From the NCBI RefSeq assembly GCF_000039765.1, contig NC_004459.3, positions 2,121,127 through 2,153,126 on the forward strand: a stretch of DNA of 32,000 nt. Reading direction: 5' to 3'. Every line of letters begins with the position of its first letter. Positions within the stretch are counted from its first letter, which is position 1. The DNA comes from Vibrio vulnificus CMCP6 (GTDB lineage: Bacteria > Pseudomonadota > Gammaproteobacteria > Enterobacterales > Vibrionaceae). Below the pieces are notes generated by a model. It ran no database searches and was not told the DNA's origin. It was given only the letters and a program-made list of their open reading frames with translations. Position numbers and translations under genes: made by a program. Positions 11,282 to 20,148 of the stretch are shown here, one piece after another.

Positions 11282-12499
11282 ATGGCTGGTGTTTTGGGAA
11301 TGATTCTTGCTGGCGGTGAAGGTTCAAGGCTACGTCCTTTGACGGAATCTCGTAGTAAACCTGCGGTGCCTTTCGGCGGTAGTTACCGCTTAATCGACTT
11401 CGCGTTAAACAACTTTGTGAATGCTGACTTGATGCGTATTTACGTGTTAACGCAGTTTAAATCTCAATCTCTGTTCCATCATATGAAAAAAGGGTGGAAC
11501 ATCAACGGTATTACTGATCGTTTTATTGACCCCATTCCCGCACAGATGCGCACTGGCAAACGTTGGTATGAAGGTACTGCCGACGCTATCTACCAAAACC
11601 TACGTTTTATGGAGCTGTCTGAACCAGAACAAGTGTGTATCTTTGGTTCGGATCATATTTACAAGATGGACATTAAGCAGATGCTTAGTTTCCACAAAGA
11701 GAAACTGGCCGCATTAACCGTTTCTGCTTTAAGAATGCCATTAGCAGAAGCGTCGCAGTTTGGTGTGATTGAAGTCGATGCAGAAGGGCGTATGGTGGGC
11801 TTTGAAGAGAAACCGAGCGCGCCTAAATCGATTCCGGGTGACCCAGACTTTGCCTTGGTTTCAATGGGTAACTATATCTTTGAAGCGGATGTGCTGTTCG
11901 CTGAGTTGATTGAAGATGCGGACAACGAAAACTCATCCCACGATTTTGGGAAAGATATTATTCCTAAGATGTTCCCACGTGGTGATGTATTCGTGTACGA
12001 CTTTAGCCAAAACCGCATTTCCGGAGAAAAAGCGGAAGTGTATTGGCGTGATGTCGGTACCATTGATGCTTACTGGCAAGCGCACATGGATCTGTTGAAA
12101 ACAGACGCGCCATTCTCTCTATACAACCGAAAATGGCCGCTGCACACCTATCAGCCACCGTTGCCTCCAGCGACGTTTACCGATTCAGATAACGGGCGTG
12201 TACAGATTATTGATAGTCTAGTTTGCAATGGCAGCTACGTACGTGGTTCACGTATCGAAAAGTCTGTGCTAGGTTTCCGTAGTAATATCGCATCAGCCTG
12301 CGATATTAGCGAGTCTATTTTATTGGGTGATGTCAAAGTTGGGGAAGGCTGCGTGTTACGCCGTGTTATTGTTGACAAGGACGTAGATATCGCGCCAGGA
12401 ACGCAAATAGGTGTGAATTTGCAGGAAGATAAGAAAATCTTCCATGTCTCTGATGACGGTATCGTTGTTATTCCAAAAGGAGCAAGAGTTGGCTACTAA
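11282..12499 (+). CDS. glgC: Glucose-1-phosphate adenylyltransferase
   Basis: 405 aa MAGVLGMILAGGEGSRLRPLTESRSKPAVPFGGSYRLIDFALNNFVNADLMRIYVLTQFKSQSL..., canonical GlgC. Confidence 0.98.
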   Translation: MAGVLGMILAGGEGSRLRPLTESRSKPAVPFGGSYRLIDFALNNFVNADLMRIYVLTQFKSQSLFHHMKKGWNINGITDRFIDPIPAQMRTGKRWYEGTADAIYQNLRFMELSEPEQVCIFGSDHIYKMDIKQMLSFHKEKLAALTVSALRMPLAEASQFGVIEVDAEGRMVGFEEKPSAPKSIPGDPDFALVSMGNYIFEADVLFAELIEDADNENSSHDFGKDIIPKMFPRGDVFVYDFSQNRISGEKAEVYWRDVGTIDAYWQAHMDLLKTDAPFSLYNRKWPLHTYQPPLPPATFTDSDNGRVQIIDSLVCNGSYVRGSRIEKSVLGFRSNIASACDISESILLGDVKVGEGCVLRRVIVDKDVDIAPGTQIGVNLQEDKKIFHVSDDGIVVIPKGARVGY

Positions 12500-13946
12500 C
12501 CCTTTGTCGATTCTGTTTGTAGCATCGGAAGTCGAAGGTTTGATCAAAAGTGGTGGCTTGGCGGATGTTGCCAAGGCACTGCCTGAAGCTTTAGTGAACC
12601 TTCAGCATGATGCGAGAATTGCCATTCCGGCTTATACCGCAATTCCAGATGTGTGTGATGATGAAGTCATCCTCGATACACATCTAGAAACCTGGCCACA
12701 TACTCATTATCAAGTCAAAAAACGTTTCTTAGGTGACAATCCTGTCTACTTAATTGCGTGTGGGCATTATTTTGACCGTCCGTCGATGTACGCTGAGAAT
12801 AATCAGGCGTATACCGATAACGGTGAGCGCTTTGCTTTTTTTAGTGCTGCTTGTTTGGATATGTTACCAAAGATTGGTTTCCAGCCTGACATCGTGCATG
12901 CCAATGATTGGCATACAGGCTTAGTGCCATTTTTGCTTAAGCACCGTTACGGTCAAGATCCGTTTTTTGCACAAACAAAGAGTATTTTGTCTATCCATAA
13001 TGCGGTCTTTAAAGGTGTCTTTCACTATGATGAGATGCAATGTTTGCCTGAATTTCATTGCCGAAATGTACCCGATGCTGCTGTCAGCTCTACGCATATG
13101 ACGATGCTGAAAGCTGGGGTTATGAATGCGGATAAAATCAACGCAGTGAGCCCAACTTATGCAGAGGAACTGAAAACTGAACTTGGCAGTCACGGAATGG
13201 CTTGGGAGTTTCAGCAACGCGCGGGTGATCTCGTCGGGATTCTAAACGGCTGCGATTATTCTGCATGGCATCCAGATACTGACAGCTATTTACCCATCAA
13301 CTACAAAGCAACTAAGCAGAGCATGGTGAGAGGGAAAAATGGCTGTAAACGTGCGCTTCAAGAGCAAGTCGGCCTACCTATAAAGGACGTCGCTATGTTT
13401 GGTATGGTATGTCGCTTGACGCATCAGAAAGGGGTGCATTACCTATTGCCAGTATTAACTGAGTTCCTGAAGTTGGATGTTCAGTTGGTTTTGGTTGGGA
13501 CCGGTGATCCGTTGCTTGCTGCGCAATTACGTGATGTTGCAGCACAGTTCGGTGAAAAGTTTGTCTTTGTTGAAGCTTATAACAATCAACTCGCACACTT
13601 AGTTGAAGCTGCATCCGATTTCTTTTTAATGCCTTCAGAGTTTGAGCCTTGTGGCTTAAACCAAATCTATAGCATGGCGTATGGCTCCTTGCCGATCGTG
13701 AGAGGCGTTGGGGGTCTAAAAGACAGTGTATGTGATTACGATGTGAATCCAGAGACTGCGACAGGATTTGTGTTCTATGAGCCCACAGCGCAAGCGTTGT
13801 TGATTACCATGCAAAGAGCGTTGTTACTGTATGCACAGAACCTAACAGAGCTTCGACGGGTTCAGCTGTACGCGATGGAACGAGATTTTTGCTGGAACAA
13901 GGCAGCAGAGCAATATGTGGAGTTGTATCGTTCTGCGCTAAAATAG
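12489..13946 (+). CDS. glgA: Glycogen synthase
   Basis: (M)ATNPLSILFVASEVEGLIKSGGLADVAKALP..., glycosyltransferase family 5. The likely TTG start at 12489 is preceded by AAAGGAG and overlaps the end of glgC. The ORF track start at 12444 is upstream. Confidence 0.95.
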   Translation: MATNPLSILFVASEVEGLIKSGGLADVAKALPEALVNLQHDARIAIPAYTAIPDVCDDEVILDTHLETWPHTHYQVKKRFLGDNPVYLIACGHYFDRPSMYAENNQAYTDNGERFAFFSAACLDMLPKIGFQPDIVHANDWHTGLVPFLLKHRYGQDPFFAQTKSILSIHNAVFKGVFHYDEMQCLPEFHCRNVPDAAVSSTHMTMLKAGVMNADKINAVSPTYAEELKTELGSHGMAWEFQQRAGDLVGILNGCDYSAWHPDTDSYLPINYKATKQSMVRGKNGCKRALQEQVGLPIKDVAMFGMVCRLTHQKGVHYLLPVLTEFLKLDVQLVLVGTGDPLLAAQLRDVAAQFGEKFVFVEAYNNQLAHLVEAASDFFLMPSEFEPCGLNQIYSMAYGSLPIVRGVGGLKDSVCDYDVNPETATGFVFYEPTAQALLITMQRALLLYAQNLTELRRVQLYAMERDFCWNKAAEQYVELYRSALK

Positions 13947-13971
13947 AGTAAAAGTTCTGAAATATGAATGG

Positions 13972-13997
13972 AAAGGCACTGATTATGGTGCCTTTTT
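13972..13997 (+). terminator. Rho-independent terminator after glgA
   Basis: AGGCAC-TGATTATG-GTGCCT followed by TTTT. Confidence 0.75.
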
Positions 13998-14198
13998 ACG
14001 TTTTTTAACCGAACTCAAATAGAATTTGAATTGATATGTGGTAGGATTCTTGCCTCCCATTCTTACTATGGTGATTCATTAACTATCCTTGTGGCTGAAG
14101 TCCCCATTTCGATTGGATTGTTCTTTGATACATCACCATTGCAAGTGGGCTAGCTATACTGTTTAAACCTTTTAGTTTTCTTTTTTTGGCGTTGTTTT

Positions 14199-14993
14199 AT
14201 GGCTCAGGCGTTACTATTTCACAAAACTTATCTCCATCCTACCAGCCAAGAGTGGGTGGTTTTTGTGCATGGTGCGGGTGGCAGTTCGTCCATCTGGTTT
14301 AAGCAAATTAAAGCGTACAAGCAGCATTTCAATCTGTTATTGGTTGACTTGCGTGGGCACGGTAAATCCAATCAACTATTAAAAGAATTGATCAGTAACC
14401 GCTATACCTTTGGGGCGGTGACGCAAGATATCCTTAAGGTGCTTGATCATCTTAAAATTCATTCCGCGCATTTCGTTGGGATGTCGCTAGGGACGATCAT
14501 TGTCCGAAATCTTGCGGAATTGGCAGGAGAAAGGGTTAAATCTATGGTGCTTGGTGGTGCGGTAACGCGTCTCGATGCGCGCTCTCGTATCTTGGTCTCT
14601 CTCGGTAACTTTGGCAAACATGTGTTGCCCTATATGTGGTTATACAAACTGTTTGCCTATATTGTGATGCCGCAAAAAAATCAGCAGGAATCACGCCATC
14701 TCTTTATCCGTGAAGCGAAGAAGCTTTGTCAAAAGGAGTTTAAGCGCTGGTTTATACTCGCGGCAGAGGTGAACCCACTAATGCGTTATTTCAAAGAACG
14801 TGAATTGCCGATCCCAACGTTATATTTGATGGGAGACCGTGATTACATGTTCATTAAACCCGTCAAAGAGATGGTTGCGGCTCACACCCAGAGTGAGTTG
14901 CTAGAGATAAAAAACTGTGGTCATGTGTGCAATGTGGAAAAGCCCGACGAGTTTAACCAGCATTCGATCGATTTTATCCAACGTCAAATCTAA
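14199..14993 (+). CDS. Alpha/beta-fold hydrolase
   Basis: VHGAGGSSSIWFKQI oxyanion-hole motif, VDLRGHGKS, G-x-S-x-G (GMSLG), a late catalytic Asp (MGDRDYMF) and His (CGHVCNVEKP). Confidence 0.9.
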   Translation: MAQALLFHKTYLHPTSQEWVVFVHGAGGSSSIWFKQIKAYKQHFNLLLVDLRGHGKSNQLLKELISNRYTFGAVTQDILKVLDHLKIHSAHFVGMSLGTIIVRNLAELAGERVKSMVLGGAVTRLDARSRILVSLGNFGKHVLPYMWLYKLFAYIVMPQKNQQESRHLFIREAKKLCQKEFKRWFILAAEVNPLMRYFKERELPIPTLYLMGDRDYMFIKPVKEMVAAHTQSELLEIKNCGHVCNVEKPDEFNQHSIDFIQRQI

Positions 14994-15038
14994 TGAAATA
15001 AGAGGAAGGCTAGGACCTTTCTCTGTCAATTGCGCTCA

Positions 15039-15347
15039 TTACTCAAGTACTTGTCCACAATGCCAGCAAGCTCCAAATTGACCTTCTATTTCTTCTCCGC
15101 ACTGTGGGCATAGCCAATTTTGATGTGCGACTTGCTGCTCACGAAAGCTGGCTAATATCGCTTTAGCAAAATCGAGTTTCTCGGGTTCCAACAACCAAAT
15201 GTATGGATTGGTATCCTCGGTTGCTGGTAATTCACCTTTTAAGCCAAATAAACCCTCACCTCGAACCTCACATTGTACCGCTTCATTAATCAGCAATTGA
15301 CACACAATATGTGCTTCGATAGGGGTGTTGGCGGTGAATATCTTCAT
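15039..15347 (-). CDS. DUF2007-type putative signal-transducing protein with C-terminal zinc ribbon
   Basis: MKIFTANTPIEAHIVCQLLINEAVQCEVRGEGLFGLKGELPA...YIWLLEP ends in a CPQCGEEIEGQFGACWHCG zinc ribbon. Confidence 0.78.
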   Translation of the reverse strand: MKIFTANTPIEAHIVCQLLINEAVQCEVRGEGLFGLKGELPATEDTNPYIWLLEPEKLDFAKAILASFREQQVAHQNWLCPQCGEEIEGQFGACWHCGQVLE

Positions 15348-15360
15348 AAGTGGCTTCCTT

Positions 15361-16038
15361 TTATGAAGAGAGCTGAGGTCTAAATTTACTCATGATCCAT
15401 TTTACAGCGATAGGAAACACACCCAGTAACGCAAATGAGGCTAATACTGTCGGTGAAAGTATCCCCGACAACGAGTTGATGTCGGCCAATTGTGTCCCCG
15501 CATTTAGGTAAACAGCCGTACCAGGTAGCATGCCGATCTGGCTAGTAAGATAGTAACGACCAATGGAAATTGGTGTTAAACCCATCAGCAAGTTAATAAG
15601 GAAAAATGGGAAGACTGGGATCAGGCGTAACGAAAATAGATAAAAGGCGCCATCCTTTTCAACGCCTTGGTTGATCGCGCTAAGTTTGTCTCCAAAACGT
15701 GCCTGCACCCAATCTTTTAGCAGGTAGCGACTACTCAAAAATGCGATGGTTGCTCCAATGGTGCTGGCAAATGAGACAAGCAATAGGCTATACCAAAAAC
15801 CAAACAGAGCAGCGCCCAATAGTGTGACGACGGTTGCTCCTGGTACTGAAAAGGCGGTAAGACCAACGTAAATGACAAAATAGCTTATTGAAGCAAACAG
15901 AAAGTTTTCTTCAATAAAACTGTTCAGGGCAAGTTGTTGTGCTTTAGCGTTGTCGAGTGTGAGGTATTGACTAAAATTAACCGCCAATAAAATAATGGTC
16001 GCGATAAGCAAGATTCCGAATACGAGTTTTTTGTTCAT
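15361..16038 (-). CDS. TVP38/TMEM64 (SNARE-associated/DedA-like) membrane protein
   Basis: Multispanning hydrophobic protein with FSVPGATVVTLLGAALFGFWYSLLLVSFASTIGATIAFLSSRYLLKDWV and RLIPVFPFFLINLLMGLTPIS, typical of the family. Confidence 0.88.
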   Translation of the reverse strand: MNKKLVFGILLIATIILLAVNFSQYLTLDNAKAQQLALNSFIEENFLFASISYFVIYVGLTAFSVPGATVVTLLGAALFGFWYSLLLVSFASTIGATIAFLSSRYLLKDWVQARFGDKLSAINQGVEKDGAFYLFSLRLIPVFPFFLINLLMGLTPISIGRYYLTSQIGMLPGTAVYLNAGTQLADINSLSGILSPTVLASFALLGVFPIAVKWIMSKFRPQLSS

Positions 16039-16105
16039 TCAATTTTTCTCCAGATAGCTTGGTTATCAGACCTGATTGATACAGAAAATCTTTCAAACGA
16101 TATAA

Positions 16106-16134
16106 AAAAACCACATCATTTTGATGTGGTTTTA
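16106..16134 (-). terminator. Rho-independent terminator downstream of the tfoY-like gene
   Basis: AAACCACATCA-TTTT-GATGTGGTTT. Read on the minus strand it ends in a T run. Confidence 0.8.
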
Positions 16135-16162
16135 ATCTATAAGAAATAATAAACGTGCTTGC

Positions 16163-16756
16163 CTACAAAGACAATTTATTCACTAATTCGTCTCGACGTT
16201 GCTGAGGAATCACACTCCAGTGCGTACCATTGATGGCTCCCTCTAACGCCCAAAGCAGCTCTAAGCTCACGGCACCACTGTGGGTGTTTTTAATCGCTTC
16301 GTATGCACGAACCGCGCCTTGAGACTCCAACTGCTCGACTGTTTCAATTCCCGCCTTTTTCAGCATTCGTTCGGTGGCTAAACGCAGGTTAGGCAGGTCT
16401 TTTAATCGTTCAGGTTTTGCTGTTGCTTGCTGTTGTTTATCGTTATTAGCACTGGCCAATGCACGTTTGGCTACGTTGAGTAGTGCATTTTGGTCTTGCC
16501 ATAGCGCGTCTGAAATCGCGTAGTACTTAGTGACAACAGGGAAACCACGCTTAGTATAAACGTATGGTTTGAGTCCTTGCTTTTCAAAAAGTAATGTTGA
16601 TTTTTGATCTGCGCGAATATGAAGCTGGTCTTTCACCACAAGTGCGAACATGGTCTCATCTGCAAAAAGGCCGAATCCGCCAAACATTGAGCGAGATTTT
16701 ATCGCACCAAGTTGCTCAAAAAGCTTCATTGAATCTTTGAGTATCGGTTTATCCAT
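16163..16756 (-). CDS. tfoY: TfoX/Sxy family regulator, TfoY-like (riboswitch-controlled paralogue)
   Basis: [50 protein letters not shown]... N-terminal TfoX domain and [34 protein letters not shown]-terminal domain. An upstream Vc2-like c-di-GMP riboswitch favours tfoY over tfoX. Confidence 0.9.
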   Translation of the reverse strand: MDKPILKDSMKLFEQLGAIKSRSMFGGFGLFADETMFALVVKDQLHIRADQKSTLLFEKQGLKPYVYTKRGFPVVTKYYAISDALWQDQNALLNVAKRALASANNDKQQQATAKPERLKDLPNLRLATERMLKKAGIETVEQLESQGAVRAYEAIKNTHSGAVSLELLWALEGAINGTHWSVIPQQRRDELVNKLSL

Positions 16757-16869
16757 GATGTGTTATCTCGGTGTAATTACTATTACGCCACCAAATCAGG
16801 TCCGAGAGATTAGCAAACCAATGCAAATACAATGTCATTAATGGGTAAACTTGTTGTTATGCATTTTTG

Positions 16870-16960
16870 CCATCGGTAACCCCGCTACCTACCAAAAAAC
16901 GTCTGGTTTAGGCCGGAGGCTTTGCGTCCCACTTTTTCAAATGGTTTGCCCTGTGCGTGA
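16870..16960 (-). promoter_or_regulatory. c-di-GMP-I (GEMM-I) riboswitch upstream of tfoY
   Basis: The minus strand reads TCACGCACAGGGCAAACCATTTGAAAAAGTGGGACGCAAAGCCTCCGGCCTAAACCAGACGTTTTTTGGTAGGTAGCGGGGTTACCGATGG. From memory this closely matches the well-studied V. cholerae Vc2 aptamer, including GCAAAGCCUCCGGCCUAAACC and GGUAGGUAGCGGGGUUACCGAUGG. Confidence 0.97.
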
Positions 16961-17111
16961 CACTAGAAGGATACGATTTCTATTGGAGTAACATCACATT
17001 TTCAAATAAAAAATGTGACATTGGTTCAGATAATAGTTGCAGTTAAGTGAATGATTGCTCGATTTTAAGAACTTAACAGAATTTGACTTAACAAATCACT
17101 TACTAAGAATG

Positions 17112-17143
17112 AAAAAAAAGCATCCAGATTTGGATGCTTTAGA
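17112..17143 (-). terminator. Rho-independent terminator after purR
   Basis: AAAGCATCCAGATTTGGATGCTTT hairpin. The T run is on the minus-strand transcript. Confidence 0.8.
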
Positions 17144-17156
17144 ATATTAGTCTTAA

Positions 17157-18161
17157 CTAATTGATTTTTTTAACGGTATCGCGAACCACTAACTCGGGAT
17201 GCATTTCAAACACGCGTTTGTCATGTTCTTTGTCCTTAATTCGTTCGAGAAGGATCTCAAATGCATTTTTACCAACACGGCGTTTTGGCTGGTGGATCGT
17301 TGTTAGCGGTGGTGAGAAGTACTCTGCTAACTCAATATTATCGTAGCCAATCACAGAGATGTCTTCAGGAATGCGAAGGCCTAACTGTTGAAGGCGGCTC
17401 ATCAAACCCAGTGCCATGGTATCGTTGAAGCAGAAAACCGCCGTTGGGCGATCTTGCCACGACGCGATCTTGTCAGCAGCCATCACAGCCGTGTCACATT
17501 CGAAGTTTCCTTCAAGGATCCACTCGTTGTTTAGTGTGATATTGGCTTCCTTCATCGCACGTTTAAAGCCTTGGATGCGCTCTTGGCACGCGGCTTTTTC
17601 AAAGTGGCCACTCAAACATGCGATTTTTGTATGGCCATTATCAATCAGGTACTTAGTGGCCAAGTAGCCACCTTCTTCTGAGTTATCGATAATTTTATCG
17701 GCTTGTGAGCTGATTGGACCCCAGTCCATAATCACTTTAGGAATATCTGCATGCTTATCAAGCATTTCGCGGAGCTCTTCGGTGAGGTCTGAACACATCA
17801 CCAAAATGCCATCTACGCGCTTTTCCGCAAGCATACGAATGTAGTCACGTTGCTTCTCGTAGATACCGCCCGTATTACAAAGAATTAGCGTATAGCCTTG
17901 GCGGTAACAGTAGCTTTCTACGCCATCAATTACTTCAGAAAAGAACAAATTGGTCGACTGTGTGACCAGCATACCAATAGTACGAGTGGTGTTGCACTTT
18001 AGGCTACGCGCTACTGCGCTCGGTGCGTAGTTGAGCTCGTCAACCGCTTTCATGACTTTTTCTTGAGTGGCTTCTGCAACAAAACGCGTTTTGTTGATTA
18101 CGTGCGACACTGTGGTCGTGGATACTCCAGCGAGACGCGCGACATCTTTAATTGTGGCCAT
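17157..18161 (-). CDS. purR: LacI-family purine repressor PurR
   Basis: [55 protein letters not shown]..., 334 aa, a PurR-type HTH and effector domain. Confidence 0.95.
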
Positions 18162-18293
18162 AGGTATTGTCCTGTCTAAGGTTGCATTTTGAATCTACGA
18201 TTCTTTGTTGCAACACAGTTTGCTACCTTTCTCCGAATTCGCTTTGTAAGGAAGACACACTAGAAAAGCAGCAGCTTAGCTTTAAATAAACAC

Positions 18294-18320
18294 AAAAACC
18301 GCTGTATTTCAGCGGTTTGC
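18294..18320 (-). terminator. Rho-independent terminator terminating the torD transcript
   Basis: AAACCGCTG-TATT-TCAGCGGTTT stem-loop. The minus strand continues into TTTTTGTG. Confidence 0.78.
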
Positions 18321-18471
18321 ATTAAAATCATATTTTATCGATTGCGGTCTCAATTTTAGACCGAGACGGCAAGAGTGGCAACCTACTCAAACGGCGAATA
18401 GTGTATCCGCGTTCACACTTTAGTGGTTAAAGTGTAACCGAGTGTTTGCTCTATTGATAAGGGCGTAATTA

Positions 18472-19119
18472 TTATCCAACTAAATAGTCGCTGTCCAGCA
18501 TACAAAACGCAACAAGTAGTTTTATTGCACTGTTATAGAAGCCAAACTCATCATATTCTGCTGCTCGTTGAGAGAAGCTAGGTAACCAAGAGAGCAACAT
18601 TTCTTGAATAAATGCGTTTTGCTCAATGAAGGCTTCTTCCATGTGGCGATCTTGTTCAAACTCATTTGAGCGAATGATAAGGTTGCCAAGAAAGTCGAGC
18701 ATGATCGCTAAGTGATCGGCCGGTTCATTCAGTTGTTGATTGACCTGCACACCATGTTTTTTCAGCCAAGCGTCCATTTTTTGTGCTGGTTCGCCATTGA
18801 GTAGGCCATCTTTTGTTAGATAAATTGATGCGTATGGAAGTGCGCCGTGTTTTGCGGTTTTCAAAAATAGGTCACAAAAATCTGCCGCTAATTCCAATTG
18901 CGCATCTTGACGGTCAACAAGACGATTGAGTGCATCGACAAAGGCGTTAACGGATGGTCTCAGTGCATCGTTTTCAGCCAATCCAGTTAAAAACGCTCTA
19001 ATTTCCATGCTTTGATATTTATCGAGCTCTTCCTGTGTCAGCTCTTTGGCAAATAAGCTCGAAAGCCACCAATATATTTCCGCACGTTTTTCATTAAAGG
19101 CTTTTATCTCTTGCATCAT
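18472..19119 (-). CDS. torD: TorD-family molybdoenzyme maturation chaperone
   Basis: 215 aa [37 protein letters not shown]...[45 protein letters not shown]..., TorD/DmsD-like, divergent from torR. Confidence 0.88.
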   Translation of the reverse strand: MMQEIKAFNEKRAEIYWWLSSLFAKELTQEELDKYQSMEIRAFLTGLAENDALRPSVNAFVDALNRLVDRQDAQLELAADFCDLFLKTAKHGALPYASIYLTKDGLLNGEPAQKMDAWLKKHGVQVNQQLNEPADHLAIMLDFLGNLIIRSNEFEQDRHMEEAFIEQNAFIQEMLLSWLPSFSQRAAEYDEFGFYNSAIKLLVAFCMLDSDYLVG

Positions 19120-19354
19120 TTATCGCTCCTAAATCAATCTCCTATAAGTGTAACCAAAAAAAATGAATAACAATAACGCCTATTGTTAAGAAAAATATAA
19201 ATATATTTGAGCTTGTTAATGGCTTGATATTAAGCTTGTTTTGAATCAATAAAAATCAAGATACTTGCATTTCAAACGAAGTATGACTAGAAATGTTACT
19301 AGTTATGAATAGAATATCTGCCCGTGTAGACAGAAATGACATGAAGTGGTGTAA

Positions 19355-20068
19355 ATGAGCTATCACGTATTAGTCGTAGAAGATGATGTAGTGACTCGCA
19401 GTAAACTCGCGGGTTATTTTCAAAAAGAAGGTTACACAGTAAGTGAAGCGGAAAGTGGTGCCGAGATGCGCCATATTTTGCAAAATAGCTGCGTTGATTT
19501 GGTGATGTTAGACATTAACTTGCCAGGTGAAGATGGCTTGATGCTGACCCGTGAACTACGCAGCCAATCGGACATTGGCATTATTTTGGTAACCGGACGC
19601 ACGGATAGCATAGATAAGATTGTTGGTTTGGAGATGGGGGCAGACGACTACGTCACCAAACCATTTGAATTACGAGAACTGCTGGTTCGAGTGAAGAACT
19701 TGTTGTGGCGAATTTCGCTTGCGCGCAGTGGTGGTTCAAAACATCAAGACGCGGAAAACGAAGACCATATTGTCCGCTTTGGCGACTGGACTTTCGATAT
19801 TCATCGTCGAGCGTTGAGTCACAACGGTGAGCCAGTGAAGTTGACCAAGGCAGAATATGAGCTTCTGGTGGCGCTTTCGTCTTACCCAAATCAGGTATTA
19901 AGTCGTGAACGCATTCTCAACATGATCAGCCATCGTGTTGATGCGCCAAACGACAGAACGATCGATGTTTTGATTCGTCGCATGAGAGCAAAAATGGAGT
20001 TTGATCCTAAGAACCCACAAATTTTTGTGACCGTGCACGGTGAAGGCTACATGTTTGCAGGCGACTAG
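19355..20068 (+). CDS. torR: OmpR-family two-component response regulator TorR
   Basis: 237 aa MSYHVLVVEDDVVTRSKLAGYFQKEGYTVSEAESG... receiver (DINLPGEDG) plus winged-helix DNA-binding domain. Its position next to torD supports TorR over ArcA. Confidence 0.87.
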   Translation: MSYHVLVVEDDVVTRSKLAGYFQKEGYTVSEAESGAEMRHILQNSCVDLVMLDINLPGEDGLMLTRELRSQSDIGIILVTGRTDSIDKIVGLEMGADDYVTKPFELRELLVRVKNLLWRISLARSGGSKHQDAENEDHIVRFGDWTFDIHRRALSHNGEPVKLTKAEYELLVALSSYPNQVLSRERILNMISHRVDAPNDRTIDVLIRRMRAKMEFDPKNPQIFVTVHGEGYMFAGD

Positions 20069-20093
20069 GCGTTGCTTAGAAAGCCAAAATTAA

Positions 20094-20129
20094 CAAACAA
20101 AAAAAGAGCGGATTAAGCTCTTTTTTTGT
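20094..20129. terminator. Bidirectional Rho-independent terminator between torR and elyC
   Basis: AAAAAAAGAGC-GGATTAA-GCTCTTTTTTT, with A and T tracts on both sides. Confidence 0.85.
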
Positions 20130-20148
20130 TTCTGCAGGTCATGATTCA

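Noticed and set aside
5976-14110. Shared 14-mer TGAAGTCCCCATTT before aroA (~5976) and before the alpha/beta hydrolase gene (~14096)
   Set aside because: An exact 14-mer recurring once in 32 kb is within chance expectation, and the flanks are not similar.
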